The position numbers were made by a program, and so were the translations under genes. From NCBI GenBank assembly GCA_965223855.1, contig CBDCXM010000002.1:32001-96000 (forward strand): a stretch of 64,000 nt of DNA, given 5' to 3'. Below the pieces are notes generated by a model. That model was not told the DNA's origin, made no database searches, and worked only from the letters and a program-made list of their open reading frames with translations. The DNA comes from Candidatus Multivoradales bacterium (GTDB lineage: Bacteria > Acidobacteriota > Thermoanaerobaculia > Multivoradales > JAHEKO01). Below are positions 1 through 9,977 of the stretch, in pieces (the stretch's first letter is position 1; every line of letters begins with the position of its first letter).

Positions 1-1
1 C

Positions 2-1018
2 CCTCGGCTGAGCCCGAACCAGGAGACGAGCGTTCCGGGGATCTACATCGCCGGCGAGCTCGGCGGGTTGGCGCTGGTCCGCAACGCCTGCCGTCAGGGG
101 CGCGACGCCGTGCGGTCGATCGCCGCCGCTCGGGTCGCCGGGCCGCGTTCCTCCGAGGTTCTCGACCTGGTGATCGTCGGTGCAGGGCCGTCGGGCCTGA
201 GTGCCGCCCTCGAGGCGGAGTCTCTCGGCCTCAGGTACCGGCTGCTCGAGCGTGAGGCGAACCTGGGCGGCACCCTGCTGCACTACCCCCGGCGCAAGAT
301 GGTGCTCACGCAGACGGTCGATCTCGGGGAGTGGGGGAGCCTCGACGGCGTCGAGTACTCGAAGGAAGACCTTCTCGACTTCTTCCAGGGAATGATCGAC
401 CGGGCGGAGGTGGCGGTCGAGTTCAGCAGCCCGGTCGATCGGATCGAACGCCAGGGGGCCAACTTCGAAATCGCTTCGGGCGAGCGCTCCTGGCGGTCGG
501 AGGCGGTCCTCCTGTGCCTCGGCAGGCGCGGCACGCCTCGCAAGCTCGGAGTTCCGGGCGAGGAGCGCTCGAAGGTGATGTACCGCCTCATCGACGCCGC
601 CTCGTACCAGGGGGAGCGGATCCTCATCGTCGGTGGCGGAGACAGCGCGGTCGAGGCGGCTCTCGGCCTCGCGGAGGCCGGCGGCAACACAGTGACCCTC
701 TCCTACCGCAAGCCGAAGCTCTTCAGGATCAAGAAGAAGAACCAGGACCGTATCGACCGTGCGATCGCCGACGGATCGGTGCGCGCGGTATTCGACTCGA
801 ATGTCGAGAGCATCGGCGAGACGACGGTCACCCTCGCCACGCAGGAGGGCTCGGAGACGATCGACAACGACTTCGTCTTCGTCTTCGCCGGAGGCATCCC
901 GCCGTTCGGCTTCCTCAAGGAGATCGGTGTGAGGTTCGGTGGCGAGTCGATGACCGACCGCTCGATCGCCCCGACCCCGGCCTCGAATTCGTCTTCGGCA
1001 GGTGAGGGGGCGTCCTGA
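2..1018 (+). CDS. FAD/NAD(P)-dependent oxidoreductase, thioredoxin-reductase-like (5' truncated by window edge)
   Basis: Frame is open from base 2 (PRLSPNQETSVPGIYIAGELGG...). It has GAGPSG and VGGGDSAVE Rossmann motifs and GRRGTPRKL. Confidence 0.85.
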   Translation, partial: PRLSPNQETSVPGIYIAGELGGLALVRNACRQGRDAVRSIAAARVAGPRSSEVLDLVIVGAGPSGLSAALEAESLGLRYRLLEREANLGGTLLHYPRRKMVLTQTVDLGEWGSLDGVEYSKEDLLDFFQGMIDRAEVAVEFSSPVDRIERQGANFEIASGERSWRSEAVLLCLGRRGTPRKLGVPGEERSKVMYRLIDAASYQGERILIVGGGDSAVEAALGLAEAGGNTVTLSYRKPKLFRIKKKNQDRIDRAIADGSVRAVFDSNVESIGETTVTLATQEGSETIDNDFVFVFAGGIPPFGFLKEIGVRFGGESMTDRSIAPTPASNSSSAGEGAS

Positions 1019-1719
1019 TGGGGTGGAGCGGCATGGACAGGACCGGAGCGGGTCGCCATGGAGCGGCGAGAGAGAGGGGGATGGGGCGACTCGCCTTCGT
1101 CCTCGGGCTCGTGTTCGGCGTCGCCGCTCTCGCCTTCGGATGGTGGCTTGCAGGGCGCGAGGCGGCTACGCGGGACGTGACGAACGAAGTCCCGGTGAGC
1201 GCACGTCACCCGGCGGTCGGGACGACTTCGCCCGCAACCCCGGGAGGTGGCGGAGTCGGCCGGGGCGTCGATCCGGCGACGCGGCAGCGGGAGGCGGAAC
1301 GTGCCCACCGGGCCGCCGGTCTGTCCGCCGACGCGCGGCGGCAGATCGAGGCGTGGCGCGCCGCGGGTGGCGGCGACGCCGCTCCCGTGGAACTGGCTCT
1401 TTCGCTGCTGGAGGACGAGAACTACTACCAGGCGTTCGAGATCGCGAACTCGATTCTCGCCGAGGATCCCGAGCACGTCGACGCCCGGTACGTCGTCGCC
1501 GCCGTGCGGGTGCGCATGGGGCAGCCGAGTCAGGCGTTGCCGCTCCTCGATGCGGTCCTCGAGGCGGCCCCCGACCATCTGGAGGCCGGCATCATGCGCG
1601 GCAAGGCGCTGCGCAAGGCGGGCCACGAGGATCTCGCCGCTGCGCAATGGCGCTCCGCTCTGCTCCTCGCCGGTGGGAGTCACCCCGAGATCGAGGCGCT
1701 CCTGCGCGGCGAGCTGTAG
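1018..1719 (+). CDS. Membrane-anchored tetratricopeptide-repeat protein
   Basis: N-terminal TM segment (LAFVLGLVFGVAALAFGWW) and TPR-like helices (LAEDPEHVDARY, LEAAPDHLEA). Start is 1018 (TGATG overlap) or 1081. Confidence 0.7.
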   Translation: MGWSGMDRTGAGRHGAARERGMGRLAFVLGLVFGVAALAFGWWLAGREAATRDVTNEVPVSARHPAVGTTSPATPGGGGVGRGVDPATRQREAERAHRAAGLSADARRQIEAWRAAGGGDAAPVELALSLLEDENYYQAFEIANSILAEDPEHVDARYVVAAVRVRMGQPSQALPLLDAVLEAAPDHLEAGIMRGKALRKAGHEDLAAAQWRSALLLAGGSHPEIEALLRGEL

Positions 1720-1743
1720 CTCCCAGGGTTCTTCAGCAAGCCC

Positions 1744-2424
1744 CTAGTCCGCGGCTTCCGCCGTGAGGCGGTAGCCGACCCCCTTGACGGTCTCGATCGT
1801 CGCCTCTCCGCGTCCGGCCTCGAGCTTCTTTCGGAGCCTGTGCACGGTGACGTCGATCACGTTGCTCAGCGGGTCGAACGAGTCGTCCCAGACGTGCTCG
1901 GCGATCGCCGCTCGCGACAACGCCGAGTCGGGATGGTGAAGGAAGTACTCGAGCAGGGCGAACTCCTTCGGTGAGAGCTCGAGCGGTGCGTCGAGGACCG
2001 TCACCCGGTGGGCCGCACGATCCATCACGATCCCGCCGACCTCGAGCTTGTGCGCCAGCTCGCGCGGTCGACGGCGGATGAGGCTGCGCACCCGGGCCAG
2101 CAGCTCCTCGATCGAGAACGGCTTGGTGAGGTAGTCGTCGGCTCCGCTGTCGAGGCCGTCGACACGGTCGGCGACCTCGGACCTACCCGTGAGCATCAGG
2201 ACCGGGGTCTGGATCTCGGCGTCGCGCCAGTTTCGCAGGAGCTCCAGCCCGGAGCCTCCCGGCAGCCCCCAGTCGAGGACGATGAGGTCGTAGTCGTTGA
2301 CGCTCGCCAGTTCGTCCGCCCGATCGACTTCGGCTGCCAGATCGACGGCATAGCTCGCCGCCTCGAGCGCCTCGCCGACGGCGGCGGCGATGATCGCCTC
2401 GTCCTCGACGACCAGCACCCTCAT
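1744..2424 (-). CDS. OmpR/PhoB-family response regulator
   Basis: MRVLVVEDE, LDWGLPG, GADDYLTKPF and a winged-helix C-terminus (IETVKGVGYRL). Confidence 0.95.
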   Translation of the reverse strand: MRVLVVEDEAIIAAAVGEALEAASYAVDLAAEVDRADELASVNDYDLIVLDWGLPGGSGLELLRNWRDAEIQTPVLMLTGRSEVADRVDGLDSGADDYLTKPFSIEELLARVRSLIRRRPRELAHKLEVGGIVMDRAAHRVTVLDAPLELSPKEFALLEYFLHHPDSALSRAAIAEHVWDDSFDPLSNVIDVTVHRLRKKLEAGRGEATIETVKGVGYRLTAEAAD

Positions 2425-4223
2425 CGCGGCCCTCGAGCCTCCGGCCGCGGGGCCAGAACTCTTGCGATCGCGCTTTCGAGCGCGTCGGCGGAGTAGGGCT
2501 TCGGCAGGAAGTTGATCGCCGATTCGTCGATGCCGCTGCGCAGGATCACGCTGTCAGTGTAGCCGGAGGCGAAGAGCACCGGCATCGAGGGAGAGATCTC
2601 GCGCACCCGATCGGCGAGTTCCCTGCCGTTGAGGCCTGGAAGGATCACGTCCGTCAACAACAGATCGAAGCGGCCGGAAGATTTCTCGAAGATGCTCAGG
2701 GCACTGCCGCCGTCGGCGGCCGCCTCGACCTCGTAGCCCATCGTTTCGAGCAGCTCGCGAGTCGATCCGCGAAGGGTCTCGTTGTCCTCGACGAGCAGGA
2801 TCGTACCCTCGTGCACCAGCGGCACCGCGGTCGCGTCCACTTCCTCGGCGGTGGTCGGGGCCACGGTGGAGCGCGGCACCAGCAGCTCGAACGTCGCTCC
2901 CTCGGCGCCTTCGACCAGTCGGACGGTGCCGCCGTGCTGGCGGGCGACCGCGTAGACCGTCGAGAGCCCGAGACCGCTGTGCCGGCTCTTGCCGCGAGTG
3001 GTGAAGAACGGCTCGAAGATCTTGTCGGCGACTTCGGCGGAGACGCCTTCTCCCGTGTCCGAGACCCGCAGTCGGACGAAGTCGCCGGCGGGAGCGCCGT
3101 CGACCGAGCTGTCGCCGGCGTTCCGCGTCTCGATCCGGATGCGACCCCCGTCGGCCATCGCGTCTCGGGCGTTGACGATCAGATTGACCAGCGCCTGCTC
3201 GATCTGGCTGACCGAGACCTCCACCGGCCAGATGCCGGGCTCCAGATCGAGCTCCATGTCGATGGTCTCGCCCACCAGCCGGTGGCTCATCTCCGAGATG
3301 CCGTGGACGATCCGGTTGAGGTCGACGACCTGCTCGACCTCCGCCTTGCCCCGGCTGAAGGCGAGCAACCGGTCGAGGAGGCTCGAGGCGCGCTTGCAGG
3401 TATCGAGGACGAGGGTCATCTTCCCGGCGAGAACCTCGTCCTCACTTTTCATCCGCACGACCTCACACTGGGCGCTGATCGCCGCGAGATAGTTGTTGAT
3501 GTCGTGCGCGAGGCCGCCGGCAAGGCTGCCGACCGCCTCCATCTTCTGAGCCTGGAGGAGCGCCGCCTCGCTGGCACGCAGTGCCGCCTCGGCCTCCTCG
3601 CGGCGTCGCTCGAATCTCCAGATCGCCGCGATCGACAGCGCGAGCAACCCGATCCACGCCAGCAGGGTGGCGGTGAAGAGGGTACGGGAGCGCTGGTGCG
3701 CCGCGTCGAGCCGCGAGAGGACGAGGTCGTCGAGGACGCGCAGTTCGTTGAGCAGAGCGTAGAAGACGCCGTCGTAGCGCACATCGATGGCGGAACCGAC
3801 ACCCACCGGTTCGCCACGGTCGAATCCGTCCAGCCGCTCCCGGGAAAGGCCCACGAACTCGTCGACCAGGGGGCGCACTCGAGCCAGTACGCCGATCGCC
3901 TCTTCATCTCCCGCGAGCGAAAAGGCGGCGCCCCCCTCTCCCTCGTCGCTCAACGCGGTCAGGATCTCGCGCGAGCGCTGCTTGTGGGTCGCGACTTCGT
4001 CGAGGTCCACGGTGTCGCCCGACACGTACTCTTCGACCCAGAGATGGAGGGTGGCGAGTCGGGTCCGCACCTCGGCGACCTGGCGGGCTGCCTCGGCATG
4101 GCGCACCACCACGCGCTCCCGCAACGAGTTGTTGACGGCGAGGAGCGCGACGCCGAGCAGTCCGAAGGCGGCCAGAAGTCCCGGCGTCCGGAAGCGGGAC
4201 AGCGGCTTCACGAGCTGCACCAC
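2421..4223 (-). CDS. Hybrid sensor histidine kinase with C-terminal receiver domain
   Basis: Two TM segments, H-box AHDINNYL, NLIVNARDAM, DTGEG, FEPFFTT, GLGLS and receiver LLTDVILPG. The start is approximate, and the 929-aa track ORF over-extends. Confidence 0.9.
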   Translation of the reverse strand: MVQLVKPLSRFRTPGLLAAFGLLGVALLAVNNSLRERVVVRHAEAARQVAEVRTRLATLHLWVEEYVSGDTVDLDEVATHKQRSREILTALSDEGEGGAAFSLAGDEEAIGVLARVRPLVDEFVGLSRERLDGFDRGEPVGVGSAIDVRYDGVFYALLNELRVLDDLVLSRLDAAHQRSRTLFTATLLAWIGLLALSIAAIWRFERRREEAEAALRASEAALLQAQKMEAVGSLAGGLAHDINNYLAAISAQCEVVRMKSEDEVLAGKMTLVLDTCKRASSLLDRLLAFSRGKAEVEQVVDLNRIVHGISEMSHRLVGETIDMELDLEPGIWPVEVSVSQIEQALVNLIVNARDAMADGGRIRIETRNAGDSSVDGAPAGDFVRLRVSDTGEGVSAEVADKIFEPFFTTRGKSRHSGLGLSTVYAVARQHGGTVRLVEGAEGATFELLVPRSTVAPTTAEEVDATAVPLVHEGTILLVEDNETLRGSTRELLETMGYEVEAAADGGSALSIFEKSSGRFDLLLTDVILPGLNGRELADRVREISPSMPVLFASGYTDSVILRSGIDESAINFLPKPYSADALESAIARVLAPRPEARGPR

Positions 4224-4274
4224 GGGAACAGAGAGGCCGCCGCGATGGCGCCGGGCTTGCACACGGTCGGTCGC

Positions 4275-5330
4275 ATGAGAGCGCAAAGTCGATTCGAGAA
4301 CACGGAACCTGCAACAGGCTACCGGGTGCGACCGGTGGCGACAAGTTCGCTGCTGGGCGGCGCGGCACTCTCGATGGTCCTGGCGCTCGGGGGAATCGGG
4401 GCGCGTGCCGAAGCGGCCGACCCGGTGCCGGATCGGCTCCTGTGGCAGGAAGCGCAGAGAATGGCGATCGATCTGACGCCTGCGATCTGGCCCGGCTGGG
4501 AGGTCCCTCTGGAGACCCTGATCGTCGGAGCCGACAACGAGTACCTCGTCGCCAGTAGGCGTCGACCCGACGGCTTCGAGCCGATCGGCATCGAGGGCGG
4601 AGAGATCGCCCACGTCCGCGAGAGGGTCTTTCCTCGCGGTATGGAGGCGACGATGGCCCTCTTCGGTCCGCCGGCGACGATCGTCATCGGAACGTCGGAG
4701 GGGACGGGCCGAGAGCCGACGAGCTGGTTGCTGACCCTGCTGCACGAGCACTTCCACCAGTGGCAGATGCGCGACGGCGCGTACTTCGCCGCCGTCGAGG
4801 CGCTCGAGCTTTCGGGCGGCGACACCTCGGGGATGTGGATGCTCGAGTACCCCTTCCCTTACGGGGATCCGGAGGTGTCGAGCGCCTACGACGAGCTCTC
4901 CCGGACTCTGGCGGGCCTGGTCGATGACTCGGGGCCGGCGCCAGCCGAGCGGGTTCGCGAGTTTCTCGACGGCTACGCCGACTGGCTCGGGTCGCTCGAT
5001 GCGGCGGATCGTCGCTACGTCCGCTTCCAGCTCTGGCAGGAGGGGGTGGCTCGCTACGTCGAGCTGGCTCTGGCGCGGGAGGCGGCCGCGCGGCGGCAGC
5101 CGTCGCCGGAGGTCGCGGTACTCGACGGTTTCGAAGACTTCGCCGGTGCGGCCAGTCGCCTCGAGCAGCGGCTGTTCGAAGAGCTCGAGACTGCCGATCT
5201 GGCGGAGCATCGCAGGGGGGCCTTCTACGCCTTCGGCGCCGGGCTGGCGTTGCTGCTCGATCGGACCGAACCGCGATGGAAAGAGCGCTACGAGGAGAGT
5301 CGCTTCCGTCTCTATCCGAGCCTTCCGTGA
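4275..5330 (+). CDS. Secreted hypothetical protein with HExxH motif (possible zinc metallopeptidase)
   Basis: Signal-peptide-like N-terminus (…LALGGIGARAEA), LLHEHFHQWQ and downstream QEGVARYVE. Confidence 0.65.
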   Translation: MRAQSRFENTEPATGYRVRPVATSSLLGGAALSMVLALGGIGARAEAADPVPDRLLWQEAQRMAIDLTPAIWPGWEVPLETLIVGADNEYLVASRRRPDGFEPIGIEGGEIAHVRERVFPRGMEATMALFGPPATIVIGTSEGTGREPTSWLLTLLHEHFHQWQMRDGAYFAAVEALELSGGDTSGMWMLEYPFPYGDPEVSSAYDELSRTLAGLVDDSGPAPAERVREFLDGYADWLGSLDAADRRYVRFQLWQEGVARYVELALAREAAARRQPSPEVAVLDGFEDFAGAASRLEQRLFEELETADLAEHRRGAFYAFGAGLALLLDRTEPRWKERYEESRFRLYPSLP

Positions 5331-5428
5331 GGGGCCGCGATGAGGGCGTTTGACTCTCCGCGAGGGCGCTGCTCTACTGCCTGAAGGCGCGCCGTGCCGC
5401 CCCGGTCCTGCGAAGAGCCGGGCTCTCG

Positions 5429-6940
5429 GTGCGGAAGGAAACAGCAGAGTCGAGCCCAGCCGTGCCGCCCACGACCGAACTCATCGCTTCCCTCACCGCG
5501 GTCCCAGACGGGAAGGTGTTGCAGCGCCTCTCCGATCAGGTCGATTGGCTGGAGGTGCGTGCCGACCTGGTGGAGGGGATCGATCCGGCGTGGCTGCGGC
5601 AGAGCTTCCAGGGGCGCCTTCTCTACACCTATCGCAGCCGCGTGGATGGCGGCGAGGGCGCGGTGGGAGGCGAAGAGCGCCGGCGGCGGTTGGTCAGCGC
5701 CGTCGAGTCGTACGACCTCGTCGATCTCGAACTGCGGGATCTCGAGCCGGCGACTCTCGGTGCGATCCCTGCGGCGAAGCGTCTCATCTCCTGGCATGGC
5801 TCGGCCGATAGTGTCGAGGAGCTCGGCGGCCACCTGGAAAGGCTGCGCGAGCATCAGGCTCACTGGTACAAGCTGGTGCCGTGGGTCGACAACAGCGGTC
5901 CGGACCGCTGGCCGCTCATCCTGCTCAAGCAGCGAGGGCGCGGCGATCTCATCTCGTTCGCGGCCGGCACCGGAGCCACCTGGACCCGACTGCTGTCGGC
6001 ACACCTCGGGGCTCCAGCGATGTTCGTGGCCGCGGGGGAGGAGCTGGCGGCTCCCGGTCAGCTTCCGGTCGATCGGCTGATCCGGGAGTACGGCTGGCCG
6101 CTGCCCGAAAGGCTGACGGCGCTCTTCGGCGTCGTCGGCAATCCCGTCGGGCAGAGCCTTTCGCCCTGCATTCACAATCGGGCACTGCGCCGGGAGGGTC
6201 TGCCGGGCCTGTACCTGCCGTTTCATGTCGAGCACTTCGGAGACTTCTGGCTCGAGGTGGTCGAGGAGGGTGGATTCAGCGAAGCGGGCTGCGTCCTGCG
6301 GGGCCTCAGCATCACTGCGCCGGCAAAGAAGATCGCGATGGCGGTTGCGGGAGCCACCAGCCCGCTGGCGGAACGCATTGCGAGCGCCAACACGATGCTC
6401 TTCCGCGACGGAGTCTGGGAGGCCGATTCCACCGATCCGGAGGGGGTGCTCGGTCCGCTGCGTCGCCGCCGGATCGGGGTGCGCGACCGCGCCTGTGCGG
6501 TGCTGGGTGCAGGTGGTGCCGGGCGGGCAGCGGCCTTTGCTCTCTCGGAGGTCGGCGGCCGGGTCACGATCTTCAACCGTGGGGAGGGTCGCGGTCGCAG
6601 GGCCGCGGAGCTACTGAAGCTCCCCTGGGCTCTCTACGACGAGTTCGATCCGGCTGACTTCGACGTCGTCGTGCAGGCGACTTCGCTGGGTCGAAGCGAT
6701 GCCGATCCGTTGCCGTCCGACCCGACTCGCCTGCCCGAGGGTGCCGTCGGGATCGACCTCGTCTACCGGCGCGGCCGACCGACTCCGTGGGTTCACGCCC
6801 TCCGGGAGTGCGGGCATACGGCGATCGATGGCCGTGAGGTCCTGCTGCACCAGGCGGTGCCCCAGTTTGCGGCGATGACCGGTCGCGAGATGCCCTCGGA
6901 GCTGGTGGCCGAGCTGCTCGAAGAGATGAACTCGCTGTGA
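5429..6940 (+). CDS. aroE: Bifunctional type I 3-dehydroquinate dehydratase / shikimate dehydrogenase
   Basis: N-terminal LEVRADL, DLEL, LISWH and APGQ motifs. C-terminal GNPVGQSLSP-HN, VLGAGGAGRAA and DGREVLLHQA motifs. Confidence 0.85.
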   Translation: MRKETAESSPAVPPTTELIASLTAVPDGKVLQRLSDQVDWLEVRADLVEGIDPAWLRQSFQGRLLYTYRSRVDGGEGAVGGEERRRRLVSAVESYDLVDLELRDLEPATLGAIPAAKRLISWHGSADSVEELGGHLERLREHQAHWYKLVPWVDNSGPDRWPLILLKQRGRGDLISFAAGTGATWTRLLSAHLGAPAMFVAAGEELAAPGQLPVDRLIREYGWPLPERLTALFGVVGNPVGQSLSPCIHNRALRREGLPGLYLPFHVEHFGDFWLEVVEEGGFSEAGCVLRGLSITAPAKKIAMAVAGATSPLAERIASANTMLFRDGVWEADSTDPEGVLGPLRRRRIGVRDRACAVLGAGGAGRAAAFALSEVGGRVTIFNRGEGRGRRAAELLKLPWALYDEFDPADFDVVVQATSLGRSDADPLPSDPTRLPEGAVGIDLVYRRGRPTPWVHALRECGHTAIDGREVLLHQAVPQFAAMTGREMPSELVAELLEEMNSL

Positions 6941-8364
6941 AGCGGCGTCGGGCGACGCCCCGCGTCCGGGAGTTCGTGGCCGACGGTCTCACCCCGCTCG
7001 CCGCCTACGGCCGCCTGGCCGCGGATCAGCCGCGCTTCCTGTTCGAGAGCGTGACCGGAGGCGAGCAGGTGTCGCGCTACAGCTTCCTCGGCGTCGCGAC
7101 CGGCCCGGTCGTTCGAGTCTCCAGCGAGGGGATCGAGATCTCGCAGAACGGTGAGACCGAGTTTCACGAGGGAGACACGTTGGCTCACCTGCGTCGGCAA
7201 CTCGGCTCGGTCGTGGCCGAGCCCGGGTCGATCCCGTTCCTGGGCGGCTATGTCGGTTACTTCGGCTACGACATGGTGCGCCTCGCCGAGCCGAGCCTCG
7301 GTGCCCCACCTTCCGACGACTTCGGGTTGCCGCTCGCCGTTCTGGCGAGGGTCGACTCTCTGCTCGTCTTCGATCACGCCCGGCAACGCCTTCTCGCGGT
7401 CGCGAACGAGATCGAAGGGGAGGTCGATGCGGCGAGTGCGGGGCGTCGGCTCGACGATCTGACCCGGCTGCTCGAGCGGCCCGTGTCGGCGCGTGCCTCG
7501 CGCCTGCCGGAGGCTCCCGCGATCGAGACGCTCCCCGAGGCGAGCCTGTCGCGTTCCGACTACCGATCGGGCGTCGGCGAGATTCAGGAGGCGATCGCGG
7601 CGGGGGAGATCTTCCAGGCGGTGCTCGCCCGGCGCTTCGATCTCGGGAAGGCCGAAGACCCGGTTCGTCTCTACCGGGCGCTGCGAGTCGTCAATCCGAG
7701 CCCCTACATGGTGCTGCTCGAGCTGCCCGAGCTCGCTCTGGTCGGGGCGAGCCCCGAGGCTCTGGTGCGCAAGAGCGGAAGTCGGATCGAGACCCGTCCG
7801 ATCGCCGGAACGAGGCCGCGCGGTGCGACGCCCGAGCAGGACGAGGCTCTGGCCCTTGAACTGTTGGCCGACCGCAAGGAGAGGGCCGAGCACGTGATGC
7901 TCGTCGATCTGGGTCGCAACGACCTCGGGCGGGTCGCCGTGCCCGGAAGTGTCGAAGTGCGGGGTCTCATGGAGGTCGAGCGCTACAGCCACGTCATGCA
8001 TCTGTGCACCAGCGTGGTGGGGGAGCTGTCGGCGGAACACGACGCTCTCGACCTCCTCCTGGCCTGCTTTCCCGCGGGCACGGTCTCGGGCGCACCCAAG
8101 CTGAGGGCGATCGAGATTCTGGATCGACTCGAGCCCGAAGCTCGCGGCCCGTACGCAGGAGCGATCGGCTATCTCTCCTTCGCCGGCGACCTCGATGCCT
8201 GCATTACGATTCGCACGCTGGTGTCGCATCGTGGCCGGCTGTCGGTGACGGCAGGGGCGGGCATCGTCGCCGACTCTGTTGCCGAGAGCGAGGTCGCAGA
8301 GACCGAGAGCAAGGCCGCCGCCCTCCTGGCCGCCGTCCGGACGGCGCGAAGGTTCCCGACATGA
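6937..8364 (+). CDS. trpE: Anthranilate synthase component I
   Basis: NPSPYM, RPIAGTRPRG, EHVMLVDLGRNDLGRV, GTVSGAPK and AGAGIVADS. Confidence 0.95.
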   Translation: MKRRRATPRVREFVADGLTPLAAYGRLAADQPRFLFESVTGGEQVSRYSFLGVATGPVVRVSSEGIEISQNGETEFHEGDTLAHLRRQLGSVVAEPGSIPFLGGYVGYFGYDMVRLAEPSLGAPPSDDFGLPLAVLARVDSLLVFDHARQRLLAVANEIEGEVDAASAGRRLDDLTRLLERPVSARASRLPEAPAIETLPEASLSRSDYRSGVGEIQEAIAAGEIFQAVLARRFDLGKAEDPVRLYRALRVVNPSPYMVLLELPELALVGASPEALVRKSGSRIETRPIAGTRPRGATPEQDEALALELLADRKERAEHVMLVDLGRNDLGRVAVPGSVEVRGLMEVERYSHVMHLCTSVVGELSAEHDALDLLLACFPAGTVSGAPKLRAIEILDRLEPEARGPYAGAIGYLSFAGDLDACITIRTLVSHRGRLSVTAGAGIVADSVAESEVAETESKAAALLAAVRTARRFPT

Positions 8365-8933
8365 TCCTGATGATCGACAACTACGACTCCTTCACCTACA
8401 ACCTGGTGCAGGAGTTCCTCAAGGCCGGGGCCGCCGTCGAGGTTGTGCGCAACGACGAGGCCTCGGTCGCCGAGCTACTGGCGCTGGAGCCCGCCGGCAT
8501 CGTGCTGTCGCCCGGTCCCGGCCGCCCGGAGGACGCCGGGATCTGTCTCGAGTTGATTCATGCGCGGCCTCGCGGGCCGCTGCTGGGAGTGTGCCTAGGT
8601 CATCAGGCGCTCGGCGAGGCGTTCGGTGGTCGCGTGGAACAGGCGCCTCAGCTCGTACACGGCAAGACCTCGAGGGTGCTTCATGAGGGGGAGGGGATCT
8701 TCCGTGGCCTGGAGGTGCCCTTCGAGGCGACCCGGTACCACAGCCTCACGGTGGCACCGGAGTCGCTGCCGGCCCAGCTCGAACCGCTGGCGTGGACCGA
8801 AGAGCGCGTGCTGATGGGGATGCGGCATCGGAGCCTCCCGTACTGGGGCGTGCAGTTCCACCCCGAGTCGGTGCTGACTCTGGAGGGTCCGAAGCTTCTG
8901 CACAACTTCCTCGAGGAGTGCCGCGGTGGGTGA
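8361..8933 (+). CDS. trpG: Anthranilate synthase component II (glutamine amidotransferase)
   Basis: MILMIDNYDSFTYNL, SPGPG, GVCLGHQ and QFHPES. ATGA overlap with trpE. Confidence 0.95.
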   Translation: MILMIDNYDSFTYNLVQEFLKAGAAVEVVRNDEASVAELLALEPAGIVLSPGPGRPEDAGICLELIHARPRGPLLGVCLGHQALGEAFGGRVEQAPQLVHGKTSRVLHEGEGIFRGLEVPFEATRYHSLTVAPESLPAQLEPLAWTEERVLMGMRHRSLPYWGVQFHPESVLTLEGPKLLHNFLEECRGG

Positions 8934-9972
8934 GGGCGCCACGGGGCTCTCGAGCCGCGAGATGCTCCATCGGCTGATCGCGCGGCAGGACCTCTCGCGA
9001 ACCGAGGTCGAGGAACTGTTCGGCCGGCTCATGGACGGAGAGTTCGACGAGCCGACGAAGGCGGCGCTGTTGATGGGGTTGGCCGTCAAGGGGGAGACCG
9101 CCGAGGAGATCGCCGGTGCGGCCGCCGCGATGCGCCGCCGGGTGATCGCCATCGAGCACGATCGGACCGATGCCATCGACACCTGCGGTACCGGGGGTGA
9201 CGGAAAGGGGACCTTCAACATCTCGACGGCGGCAGCCCTGGTTGCGGCCGCCGCCGGTGCGCCGGTCGCCAAGCACGGTAACCGTTCTGTTTCGAGCCGC
9301 TCCGGCAGTGCCGACGTACTGGCGGCGCTCGGTGTCGACGTTGCGGCTCCGCCCGAAACGGCCGGCAGGGCGCTGGACGAGATCGGCCTCGCTTTTCTGT
9401 TCGCGCCGACCCTCCATCCGGCGATGCGCGAGGTGATGCCGGTGCGGCAGGCGCTCGGCGTGCGGACGGTGTTCAATCTGCTCGGACCGCTGACGAACCC
9501 CGCCGGCGCGGGGAGGCAGCTGCTGGGGGTGTTCGCGCGCGAGCGGGTGAGGACCCTGGCGGAGGTGCTGCTGGCGCTCGGCAGCACGCGCGCGATGGTG
9601 GTTCACGGCGCCGACGGCCTCGACGAGATCACGCTGACCGGAGAGACCTACGTCGCCGAAGTGGTCGACGGCACGGTGCGGGAATCGGTCCTCTCTCCGT
9701 CCCGGTTCGGTCTCGATCCCGTGGCGCCGGAGTCGTTGGCGGGTGGGACTCCAGACGAGAACGCCGCCTCGCTGCAGCGAGTCCTCGAGGGTGAGGCCGG
9801 AGCGCGGCGTGACATCACGGTTGCCAACGCCGCCGCCGCTCTGGTCGTCGCAGGGATCGCTGGCGACCTCCTCGACGGTGTCGAGCGGGCGCGACGAGCG
9901 CTCGATGGCGGCGCGGCCCTGGCGAAGCTCGAGGCGCTCCGCGACCTCTACGCCCGCGCTTCTCCGGACTGA
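8926..9972 (+). CDS. trpD: Anthranilate phosphoribosyltransferase
   Basis: DTCGTGGDG, FNIST, KHGNRSVSSRSGSAD and GLDEI. Confidence 0.96.
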   Translation: MGEGATGLSSREMLHRLIARQDLSRTEVEELFGRLMDGEFDEPTKAALLMGLAVKGETAEEIAGAAAAMRRRVIAIEHDRTDAIDTCGTGGDGKGTFNISTAAALVAAAAGAPVAKHGNRSVSSRSGSADVLAALGVDVAAPPETAGRALDEIGLAFLFAPTLHPAMREVMPVRQALGVRTVFNLLGPLTNPAGAGRQLLGVFARERVRTLAEVLLALGSTRAMVVHGADGLDEITLTGETYVAEVVDGTVRESVLSPSRFGLDPVAPESLAGGTPDENAASLQRVLEGEAGARRDITVANAAAALVVAGIAGDLLDGVERARRALDGGAALAKLEALRDLYARASPD

Positions 9973-9977
9973 GACCG